Of a stretch of DNA of 64,000 nt, positions 52,213 to 64,000 are shown in pieces. How positions within the stretch are numbered: the first letter of the stretch is position 1; the number at the start of each line of letters is the position of its first letter. The notes under the pieces were generated by a model. The model had not been told where the DNA came from, searched no databases, and was given only the letters and a program-made list of their open reading frames with translations. A program made the translations under genes and the position numbers. Source of the DNA: Mytilus trossulus (taxonomy: Eukaryota); the NCBI RefSeq assembly GCF_036588685.1, contig NC_086376.1, positions 36,332,001-36,396,000 on the forward strand, read 5' to 3'.

Positions 52213-55200
52213 GATATATAACGCAACCCTGGGACACTAACACTGATCAACACTAGTATGGTACTTTGTATCTATGACTTCTGATCTGTAATACCTGCTA
52301 ATAAACACACGGGGTTCTGTGAATCACATTAGTTGTACAACCCTCCTTACTTGTGCCATATTATGGAACTTCTGTTCGCGAAAATTAATATTTTTATTAT
52401 AAAGTATAGTAATCACATTTCATCACCCTAATGTATATCAATTTATGCATGTAAACTAATTTACACAACTTTCAGCATCTATAATTAATATCGATTCACC
52501 AATCGATCATATCTGGGTGTGCAGCATAATATATATAGCGTGCTTTGTATACATGTGCAAGAAACTTATAACACTCAATTTATGGCTGGTTGTTTCTATA
52601 TTTGTGTTTAATGAATCAAATTAGTTTGTCTAGAAAGACTTTTAGCCAATACATAATTGCATAACATTTAAATGGGAATATATTTCAAAATTAATTGAGG
52701 ATATTACCATCGAGAGCCTTCTAACACTGTCTGCAGGCCTATGTTAAAGTGACCTAATTAAAATCGATAAACCAATCAAAATCCGTATTCTTGATTTTGG
52801 ATGTGTATTAAAAATTATGACTATAAACATGCTTTTAAAATGACTTTTTCAAAGTTAATACAACGATTCTGACCAAGTGGAATTCGTTAAACATAATATA
52901 AAGTGGTGACGGGACAATTCTACATAATACACACTTCGCAGGTAAAATCCAGGTAAGTTATCAATGTAAACAAATAAGATTATTATTATTTTAGTACAAA
53001 CATCTAAAGGTGAGAGTCTCTTCTTTTTGTATATTCACCCCACATTTCGCATGTTTGTCCTGGTATAGATATTTACTTATTTCACAAGCGACCATTTTGG
53101 TCAACTGGATTAACAAACAAACAAAAGTTATGCACTAGTAATATGTTTTGTGTTTATGTATAGCCATGTAAAACTACTACCATTGATTTTAGTCGAGATC
53201 AAAAATGCGACTACCGTAAATATTAAATCAATAGAGTAAATTTATATTGATACACACAAAAGGTGGAATTCTCATATGGGATTGTTTTACAACTGTGATG
53301 TATGAAAGCTAAAACACGTGAGAAAAAAACTCTTGTGACTATTGGAAGCATTTGCTGAATCCTTAAAAGATGTACTTTTTATTGGATGCTCATTAAACTA
53401 GTCCCGACAACACAGCCAATCTCCGATCTACGTGCACTCAACTGTTGTTGATATAAGACATACACTTTCTCTAAGTCTATATATGTCTATTAACTATCTA
53501 GTATAAAAAAATTATATTATTTCCTACAATAATTCGGATTAAAAGGATGGTCCGTTGGCAGTGTTTAAAAAAAATGCCCTAGACAAAAAAGTCAACATAT
53601 TTTATGTTTAACACCCTTCCCCCAAAAAGAATAATGTCTATCTATAGATCATGTTCATAAACATGCAAATCGAAATTACATGTAGGTATGTTGAAAACCA
53701 GACTAAGTATTAATCTTATAAATCAATAAAATGGTATTATATAGTGTGTAGTGTTTTAAATTTATGTCAGTGTATGAATTTACGTTTACTGTATTGAATG
53801 GTCTTTTAAATCGTATATTACAAACAATCCAGCTAAAGATGAACAGCATTTCTGTTCCCGATAACTATTGAACCACATATTACCACATCTTCTTTTTTAT
53901 ATTGAACAATTGTTATGGAAAAGATATCTGTAAGATACCAATGTACAATGTATTTCAAACTCGTTAGTTTATGAAAATCTGGGATCGTCATTGCAAAAGA
54001 CCACAGCATTCAGAAAAACTAAAGACAGCAAAACCTAAGGTGATTTGAAGTGCCCCGGTAAGGTGGGCAAAATCTGCTAAATATGTTGTACCCGTTGTGT
54101 AGTTCTTACAGACTCGACAATAAGTTGTACTCGATGATGCTACAAACAAGGAAAAGTGGACAATTGGAACATATGGTATTAGTATACCGCAGATTTATAT
54201 TTGTATTACCAATTGTTATACCCGTTCCTATAACCGGTAAAAAGAATGTGCTATAGTTTTTGACAATCACGAATACTTTTATTCAAACAATTTTTTTTAA
54301 GATGGTCGTCTTGTGTTGAAATTTGTTTCTGTCGAAAAAAAGTATTTACTAGTATAATATCCACCTCGATTATTTTCTGATTTCATTCTTTTCCATCTCG
54401 ATCTTGTGATGATCTTATTTTTTTCTCTCAAGAGTTCTCTCATGAGTAAATGATAGAAAGATCACGAGGTGGAGGTATTATCCATGGTTAAATTTAATCC
54501 TCGACATTATATTTGAATAATATGTCTTATTCATATACATTATTTCCAGTCAAGAAGTGATGTTGACCGTTGTGTTCTGTAAATTATTGTTATTTACCTT
54601 TACCCAAGTTGTACGTCTGTCGTCTTTAAAGCAATGAGGTACCGTCAGCAACATTCACTCAAACTGTTGTTCGGTGGAACCAGTTTGTACACGGTTTGTT
54701 TCGAGCTATGATCGTTCCGAACTGAAGGTCTCATTGTGACTTTACATTGGCGGATCCAGATAACCTTTTATAAAGGTATGGAACTGACTGCCTTAAGACT
54801 GAGGTGGCCGCTACAGCCATGCTTCAGTAATTCATATATATATATATTATCAACCGAATCCCCCCCCCTTTTGATCAGCAGCTATGATAGATTTGACAAT
54901 GTGTTAAAGAAACGTAACTTGGCCTTTGTTCATCAAGTGCATGTAATAACTTCTAACCTGAATTGATAAATAACTTGTTTCTTGTCTATTATTATGAGAT
55001 TTTACTATTAAAAAATATATTTTCTTTACATGAATGCACACACAGTACATGTTTTATATATATATGTATACTATATCACATAAAAGTACATAATCCAGTG
55101 GACATTTTTATGTGAAGGTGTGTCACTTTTTTGCATGTGATTTAAATTTGTGTTTACGTCATCTCCTAAAACCAGAGGCTGAGTTTCTAAAAAAAAGTTG

Positions 55201-55440
55201 TATTCGTGATACCTTTTACACTCCATAAAGTTTTTAATGGATGACAAATACTTCAAATATTTGTAAGTCACATTATAAAAATTTAAACACAACCTTTTCA
55301 TCCCATTTGGACCCCTTTCTGTCCCTTTCGTTCTCATTTTTTTTTTTTTTTTTTTTTATCTTTTTAGAATATTTTATATACTGACAAACATTTAGATCAG
55401 AGAAAATATGAGATTCGCTACTCGGTAAACTAATGAATCT

Positions 55441-55540
55441 AGATTCTTAGAAATGCTCTCGAGATCTTCTTTGTATTAAGTTATAAGTCTAGATTCTTAG
55501 AAATGCTCTCGAGATCTTCTTTGTATTAAGTTATAAGTCT
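55441..55540. repeat. Perfect 50-bp tandem duplication
   Basis: agattcttagaaatgctctcgagatcttctttgtattaagttataagtct x2. Confidence 0.9.
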
Positions 55541-55671
55541 CGGGATTTTCAGGTTTAAGCATTCAACAATTGTGCTGAACACATATGATGTTTTAAAAAG
55601 CACTAGGCATTCAGATGACCAAACCTTTCTAGCTTCTAAATACAATACATGTAAATCCTTCCATGCTGTAA

Positions 55672-55888
55672 TAATGAAGGGGCATCGGATGGGTGTTGAT
55701 CCCGAAATCTCGGGCTTAAAAGTGTGAAATCCCGACGTCCCGAATTTAAAGAAATTCAAATCTCGACATCTCGAAAACCGAAATAAGCCAGAATTCCCGG
55801 ATCCTAGAAGGATCAATCCCGAAATCCCGAGCTTAAAAACACCCGATCCCTACGTTCTGAAAAAGGTCCTGCCCCGTCCCCCTTAATA
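55672..55888. mobile_element. Small MITE with atcccga repeats
   Basis: Degenerate termini taatgaagggg and ccccttaata; multiple atcccgaaat motifs. Confidence 0.5.
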
Positions 55889-58166
55889 ATGACAAATCAA
55901 TTTATCTTGATATAATACAAGTAAATGATTAATCTTACCATGACCAACGAAGAGAATAACAGACTACAAGTTAATGAGTTATATTAATAGAGGCATGGTT
56001 ATATATTGCTTTTTAAAAGAATATTTTTTAACGGAACATGTCACAGGAATACATGGATTTTTATGAGGCTAGACTGAAGTATGATAGGTATCAGAAACTC
56101 TGATGCAAACTGGCGAAGATAAAAAAAAAATACACATACCGACCCCAACTGATAAATGTGCACATGTTATTTAGCTTTTTTCTTATATTGTTGTACATTC
56201 GTTTCAACTAATAGAAATGTAACTATCATTTCCTACTTTAAACGAACTTTTTAAACTTTAAACTCAACGCTGTCCAAACAAATGTCTTAATCAAAAGATG
56301 ATAAATACTTTTAAATCAATATACCGACTTTTATTTCTAAATAAAATATATTTTATATCCTTGTGGGTTAATAACAGATAATGACGATAATATCCCCAGG
56401 GTGAAGTTAAAAGTAGAACTTCTAATAGTTAAGCGAGGGTAACACCTTTTTTATTTTGACACAATTTTGGCACACTTCTTTAGATCATGTCCCCTCAAGT
56501 CTTGTCCGCATTTTTACTGTATCATTTTATTTACATACTGGCAATTAAACCATCACTTTGATAGCGGGTTATGTGAAGAAGGGACCTATGTAATAAGCAA
56601 GGTGTATTTGGGAATAAAGGACACGAATTAAGGTAGGGTTGGTCATGAGCAAATTTGTTTTGAGATCGAATTAATGACTGAAAGTTTTTGTGGTTTTGTT
56701 GACCACAACGTTTACCCCTTCGCATGTATCATACTGATGATTTATAGGAATTAAGCCATTTGATTTAAATGAGTTCTTATATACATTTATACATGATTAT
56801 TTAAAGGATGTGATAGAAATGTGAAAAACAATAATGTAATATAAATGGTCTTGTATATGTTTTTTTATATAAAGATAATTTTCTGTTGCTTTTTGTCTGA
56901 ACATTTTGCAGGATTATTTGTTTGTCCATCGACCACCATTACAAAGAACTATGTAAAACGCACGCTTGTTTACAAGGTTTTAAAAATCTTAATAAGATAT
57001 GCCTTCAACTATTATTATGTAATAATCTAGATACATGTACAAGCTTAACTGTATAGTATCGTAAAAATCGCCATAACGAACACGTGTTGTTTACATCAAT
57101 TTCATAAAACAAAATGTAAACTATATTGTCTGAAACATTATTCAACATGCATTGCTCACCATAATTTTTGCAATAAAATACGATGTAAGATATGTATATA
57201 CATAATGGCTTTGCGAACTTTTAGAATCGAGGGATGATGCTCGATGTGTATCCAAGGATAATTGTTTTTTCTATCCTACTTTGAGCGGGAACAGGATGAT
57301 TTCGAAAATGAGATGAGAACGAACCAGTTTTTAAAAAAAGCCAAAAGCGACCACTCACTTTAGTTTGGAAGAATATGCTTTATTTTTAATTGGTTTTGAA
57401 CAAGCTTTCATTATCTGCGATTACTCCTATATCTTGCATGTGTGTGCTCTGTATCGATCTATTGAGTTCAACTATTTGTAACTGATTGTTACATGCAGTT
57501 TGTAACTTCTTATGATATAGTATTACATCACTTTTCGGAGTTCCGAAGCTTTAGTGCTCACAAAGTGTCGTCGGTTCTTAATGTTATATTGATTTATGGC
57601 TTTAGTTTGGAATTGTTTTATTTATCGGATTTCGGGACCATTTATTGTTGTCAATGCTATATCATGGGTTTTCTGATTGTGTTATTTTTTCTTTTTGAAT
57701 TGTAGTCAATAGTTGTCTGATGTCATCTTTTCCATTGCTTTCGTTTGGTCATAGTATTGTCTGCCATTTTTTTCAGCTTCCTTTTCGAATAAAAAGATGG
57801 ATATGTTTTTACTTTTAAAATAGTTTTTTTGAACTATTAATTTATTTGATCATAAAACATCAAAACCATTTAATATATATATACATCTGTATAAAGTAAA
57901 TACACATATACAATGAAAAACGTTTTGTTTATGAGGTTCAGGACAAAAGTCTGCATACTTTCTGCCCCGATTTGGGAGTGATGTCACAAGTTAAAACATT
58001 AATGTGCACGTATTTATACTTTAAATCTTATTAAATGTTAATCTTCCGTTGTCCAATCTGATACATTCATTGTATGAGTAATGTACGCCATTTAATAATG
58101 TCATATTTGTAACAAACCTTTGTTGTGTTCATATCTTACCCCGGAGCTTAGTTGTGGCCAGTTATT

Positions 58167-60914
58167 ATGCCGTATAGGACGTACTATGATTTGTGGTAAG
58201 TCCCTTTAACATCAAAACGCATCTAGAATATTTTTACTTCGAAATATTGCAGAACTGTCTTTGTATTTATTTTCAAATTTAGCGTAAAATCTTAGTACTA
58301 AATTTCTTCAGCGATGTGACCTTGGCTTAGAATGTTCAAGGACAGGTTAAAGGATTGAACATTCCGAACTGAGACTATGTTACTATGTGAAACAACACAA
58401 AATGGCCGAATATTCACTGTATTTAAACTAAACTGTACAGATAGTATGGCCAAACTTTCAGCGTATCAAACCTCAACTAAACTTGTAATCCAGCACATAA
58501 TGGCTGAACTTTCAGTGAAATAAAACTAAATTGAATTTATAATCCAGTAAATATGTCTCTGTCTGCTCTTTTTTCCATTCAGCATACGTCTGCTTACTTT
58601 CAGTTAATCGTTTTTGTTCTGTATTAATATTATAATCTGTGAATGTTTTGAACTTTGCTAAATTGCTTGAACATAATATATTAATAAGTAAAGTACAGAA
58701 AGATAGAAACTTCAAAATTAGTAAATTTCAGTAAATAAGAGTATTCCCAAATTTTAGAACTATAAACAATGCCCCACGCCTCACTTTGAATACAGACCTT
58801 TTTTCACTGAAACTGAAACATTGGAGGACGTTTTTCTATGCACAGACCCTAATAAATGAGTTCCTCTATTTCTTTGTCCATTTCTAATTTAAAATAGACT
58901 TTTGTAACACTTGTTTTTTGAAACTGTGTGAATATTGTTTGCCTGGGGTTAAACATCAAAACATATAATATTGTGAAAATCGAGACAGTTATTTTTCTCA
59001 TTTGAATTTTTCATATTTTTCATGACGGGGCATTTTAATAGCCGACTATATACGGTATGGGTTTTCCTCATTGCTGAAGGCCGTACGGTTGCCTATGATT
59101 GCTTACATCTACTTTATTTGACCTTTGGTGGATAGCTGTCCCATTGGCAATCGTACCACATGTCCTTTATATTTTTATAGAGATGAATAACAGATATTTA
59201 TAAACTTTTCTTTACAGGAGAGGACAAAATCCGGAGGACGAAATCGTCGAAGAAATGGGTGAAGAAGAAGATTTAGAAGAAATGCAGAAACTAGACGAGA
59301 AGTTGAAACAGTTTGAGGAAGATGAGTTAACCACTTACGGTAATTTGATAAAAATAAACTAAACTACAAACTAACCCCTATCTTATACAATGTAGTTAGT
59401 TTTAATAAAACAACGCCACATAATGTGAATGTGAAAAATCAGTACAACATAATTTAATTGTGAAAAATCAGTACAAGTATTCTTGTAGTAAGTCAAATTA
59501 CATACGCCTATAACATCAAAAGAGAAGCAAATGTATTGATATACTATCAAACAGTTGTCAAGTAGGAAATATTAATTGTTAAGAAAGGACATTACATAAT
59601 GGTCTGCAGTTGAATACCCATAATAGGTAGAATGTCAATACTATGTTGTAGCAATGGGAGAACAAATGATGAAGTGTTAAATGTTTTACATATATTTAGA
59701 TAATGATCCTCCTCCAAAAAACAACAACAAAAAACCCAAAATACATAACAAAACAAAACAAAACAAAAACAACAAAAAATAACAGAAAATAACAGAAAAT
59801 AACAGAAAAAAGAAAACCAAATGAAATTTGTTTGAAGTTACAAAAATGTAGCTGTGGATTACAATTACTACATTTTTCCTTTACAGGTTCTTCAGAAAAT
59901 ACACCAATTGACGACGATATCCCAAAGGCAACCCGAAAACGAAACATAGTTTTTGATGAAGAAAGATTTGAAGAAACTTTCTTAAAATGCATGATTTGTC
60001 GTGAAGTATACGATGAAGATGAAAAGGCACCGAAAATGTTGCCTTGTCATCATACATTTTGCCTCGATTGTTTGAATCAGATGTTCCGAGTCGAAGGCGA
60101 GTATCGACAGTCTTTAACATCTGCCTTTCGAAGTATGCCGATGGCAGTCAAAATTTGTTGCCCAACTTGCCGTGATGGATTAATATGTTCTGATCAAGAC
60201 ATTAAACGCCTTCCAAATGACACAACAATACTCGAGCTTCTAAATTACATAAAACTAACCGGGAAATCTGATGTCCAATATTGTTCAAAACACAAGATGC
60301 AACCTCTGAATTTTTTCTGCGAGCCTTGTATAACACCTGTTTGTTGTGATTGCACGGTGCTTGATCACAAAGAAAAGAATGGTCACATCGTAATGAACGT
60401 AGAAGAAGCTTTGAAAAAATACACACCAGTTTTGGATGAAACTATAACTGAAATGGACAAATCGATCAAAACCGTTGAAGAAAAGAAACAAGCACTTGAA
60501 AAGGCGGCAGAAAATATTGAACAAATTCAAAAAGAGCTTGCAGTCCAGGTCAGACAAACGTTTGATCGAATCAGAGATGCCATTGATGAACGTGAACGTG
60601 AACTTTTTAATATGTCAGAGCATGAAATAGATAAGAAACGAAACGAAATTGGCGATCAATTGGCTATTGTTCATGATCGAGAAGCTCTATTAGCAAAGGA
60701 CAGGAACAATCTTAAAAGTGCAAAAGACACTAAAGATATAAGTGCCATGTTTACCCATCATCAGTCAGCCAGAGAGGCATTAGGGAGGAAGGTAGAAATC
60801 CCGGGACCTTCTCGTGCTACTAAAGACTTTGCTGTCAGTTTTCAGTTCAATAGTAGAGCAGAAAACAATATACGGTCAACTATAAGTGTATTCGGAGATG
60901 TCAGTTTCAAATAA
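58167..60914 (+). CDS. TRIM (RING/B-box2/coiled-coil) E3 ligase-like protein without C-terminal domain; exons 58167-58195 (putative), 59218-59339, 59887-60914; about 392 aa
   Basis: RING CMIC...LPCHHTFCLDC...CPTC; B-box CSKH...FFCEPCITPVCCDC...H...GH; long coiled coil. Acceptors tttacAG at 59217 and ttacAG at 59886; donors TG|GTAAGT (phase 2) and G|GTAATT (phase 1) keep frame. The first exon is less certain than the other two. Confidence 0.88.
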
Positions 60915-62210
60915 TCTTTGACAATATAAATTTTCAATGTATTATCATCGCAAAATGCTTTAAATTTGCCTATAGTCAATTAGTTTTTGAATATGTTTGA
61001 TTCAGTGTTACAAAACGACACACATATTCTTTTTAGTTGCTATTAATGGCGTTTTTTTTTTTTGCTTAAAAAATACAAAAACGAACAAACTGTGGATTGG
61101 AGAGGTTTGGAGCAACGTAATGACATTTAATAGAACGGCTTTAATAATAGCATGTTAACTTCAACAATACTGTCTTCAATTTATTAAGGAATAGTAATAC
61201 TACAAAAACAAGCGTGAACAATTTCTTTAATATGTGTAGTTGTATCCGAAGAATTTTATGAATCAATTTGAAATTTGTTTACTCTCTAGGAGTGTTGTAA
61301 CAAAGTTTAACGGCCCACGTAAAAATTTAAATCTGCATGATATAAGATTATTATTCTTACTTATTACATGTATGTCAAGGGAAACTATTAGATACGCTTT
61401 ATACCTTTAACTTATTATTTATTCATTCATATTTACGCATGGTCTCTTGCCGATATTTATTTATATATTAAAAAATCCATGAATTTTTCTTTATATATGG
61501 TGCGGATATGAAAACTTCTGTGAAGTAAAATGTTCATTCAAATTTTATAGTTTATTAGTTTCCAGTTGTGCCATTGTAAATATACTCCATACTTGAATAT
61601 TTGATCTTCTGTAATAACATAACCCTGACCTAGATAGGGAGTCATGAGGTTCCTAACACAAATGTTAGGAGTCTTTCTTACTTCATTTTAAGCATATTTT
61701 GAAACTGGTACTTCAAGAGTTGTTGTAATTACATTTAATGTTCGCAATTGCAAGTTTTCTTTTACCTGAAAAAGGGTGTCGCACTCCCTTCGCGAGGCTT
61801 TGGGTTTGATGTTCACATATTTAACTTTTCCCGTCTTGCTGTGAAACCTATGCTGAAGAGGGCGTCAGTTTTTGCGGGATGTATGAATATACAGTCACCA
61901 CCGGTCATAATGTGAGCGTTAACTTATTTAATAAGACAACCCACTTTGCACGTTAAAGAATGTTGGCTTGCATCAAATATTTGCGGAGTCCGAAGGTTAA
62001 CGTTAGTAAGGCAAAATGTCTGCCCTATTCAAAATAACTTTTATTCCAGGGACAGTCCTAAACCTGTTTGACTCCCTTTGCAGAAACTAGTACTTCGATA
62101 GTTAATTATCTTTTCCAAATCCTCTACCCTTAATTATCTGCTACGTATTTCTTTTCGAAGTATTGCTCTTGTCCGGAATATGTATGACACATATGTCTCT
62201 AGATGGTAGG

Positions 62211-62798
62211 CATCTTCGCTAGCCAAGGGTTACGATCCACTCCCGCTCTCTTCACCCTTGGCGGATTGAGTTAAAATTTCGGAGACACAACGTAAGGATT
62301 TTATTGGTTGCAGTCAAAACTCGCTGCATCCAATCAAAAAGCGCCTATAACATGATCACGTGTAAATGTATAAAGTGTTTGTAAACAATTACCACGTGTT
62401 TATTGTGCAACAAGTCTTTACACCCCTAAACATACGACTATACTTAGTGACAACTTGAAGGTTTTTAATCAACAAACAGAAGTTCTTGTGTATGTTTTAT
62501 GCACAAATGCATGAATGTTGACTTGTATTTTCATTTCCGGCTTTACCAAGTGTGTAGAATCTAGACGCTACCGTGTTTTTACCTCCAAAATGAAGAGTTC
62601 AAGTGCTACCATTGGTCAAGAATAATGTATTCAGAATGGGCGTGATTTTTATCTTCCGATAGATGGCGCAACATTGTTATCACAAATGTTGGCTCAATCC
62701 GCCAAGGGTGAAGAGAGCGGGAGTGGATCGTAACCCTTGGCTAGCGAAGATGAGTCAAGAGAGCGGGAGTGGATCGTAACCCTTGGCTAGCGAAGATG
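62211..62798. mobile_element. Mutator (MULE)-like MITE with a 9-bp target site duplication and a doubled right end
   Basis: TSD GATGGTAGG at 62202-62210 and 62799-62807; perfect 60-bp TIRs at 62211-62270 and 62693-62752; outer 42 bp of the right TIR repeated at 62757-62798. Confidence 0.88.
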
Positions 62799-64000
62799 GA
62801 TGGTAGGTAAACAACAGTCAATCAGACAAAGCTTGGTTGTGTATAAATACAATCGGCATGCACATTCAAACCGATGCCAATCAGCATAGATTTTTTCTGC
62901 ATGACAGAAGCGAATTCAATTCTTGTGAACACCTATACCCAATTTAACTTTTCAAACAGAGATTCCCAAACATATTCGTATAGTCCTGTTATTTATATTT
63001 TACATGACAGTGGAAGTCATGTGTTTTACGTCTTCTTTGGTCTCTAAATTACAGTGAAAGAGAGGCGAATGGTAACAAAGAGACTTTCAAACTCACAAGT
63101 CGAAAATAAACTAACAACGCCATAGCTAAAAAAGAAAAAGACAAACAAACAAAACAATTATAAAATACAAAACAATATGGAAAACCAAAAACTGAGTAAC
63201 ATATCTAATGGACAGGCACATACTTATCTATAAGACAGAATCTTACCCTCGCATTAAATTTTAATGACTTTTATCTGCAAATAGCATATGAACACTCGTA
63301 ACATATTACAATCACACGGGGTCGTTTAAACGCCAAAATTAATGTATACACTCCACTTTAAAAAAATATATTCCAACCACACTGGGCCGTTTAGCTGTCA
63401 TAAGCATGTGTACACTCCACTGAAAATGAGATATTATAACCACACTACGGTAGACCAAGTAATTGTTTTCCCATAATCAGCAACTTTGGTTTTTAGGGGA
63501 AAAAAATGAAATATTAGAGTATATTCTATGTTTTTCATTTTTTTCTCTTCGTGTATATAATATGATGCATTTAAAGTTAACTTATCTGTCGGTCAATTTT
63601 GTGAAAAGCAACCCAAAGACAAACTTTTATGTTCCGCAAAACCAAAAAATCAAAAACAAGGTTCATCTGAAAGAATAAATACTGAATCAGGAAACTGATG
63701 TTCAGTGGTTGTCGTGTGTTGGTGTTTTCTTAGTGTTTATCATTTCTCGTCTTTTCATAATAATTAGACTGTTGCCGGTTTTCTTATTCAAATGGTTTTA
63801 TACCAGTCATTTTTAGACCGTACTTTGACCTATAATGGTTAACTTTTGGATAGATAGTTGTCTCATTGGAACAATACCATCTTCTTATGTCTAAATAAAA
63901 AGTCCAAACAGTTACTAGAGTTATTTATTCAAATTCGTAGTAGTATCCAAAGAGCATTGCATCGATCAAACACACAGTAAGTCGACTCCTGAAATACGAA

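Noticed and set aside
59832-59886. MKLQKCSCGLQLLHFSFT start of the TRIM ORF
   Set aside because: Intronic polypyrimidine tract before the acceptor at 59886
61620-62150. Possible SINE remnant (gcacgttaaagaa motif at about 61948)
   Set aside because: No clear tRNA-derived head, tail or boundaries could be defined by eye

Overview
AT-rich eukaryotic genomic DNA with spliceosomal GT-AG introns and dense non-autonomous transposons. The repeat families look like those of a bivalve mollusc, probably Mytilus (inference). No prokaryotic features, rRNA, tRNA or CRISPR arrays were seen. Five intact spliced gene models can be built by hand with matching intron phases. (1) A minus-strand ZNFX1-like SF1 helicase of about 2376 aa (exons 10659-4254 and 3580-2856). 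It has an expanded Cys/His finger array, a shortened RZ-like finger assembled across the splice junction, and an RG/RGG-rich C-terminal tail. (2) A plus-strand three-exon Thr/Ser-rich type I membrane mucin-like gene (19036-28046, 346 aa). (3, 4) Two intact paralogs of a four-exon Lys-rich gene of unrecognised family (36653-30890, 915 aa; 50373-45837, 874 aa) inside a tandem segmental duplication, with a disrupted mucin-like exon between them. (5) A plus-strand RING/B-box/coiled-coil TRIM gene with no C-terminal domain (58167-60914, about 392 aa). The intergenic DNA holds Helentron-like, Harbinger-like, Kolobok-like, Tc1/mariner-like and Mutator-like non-autonomous elements. The most notable item is the remodelled ZNFX1 paralog.
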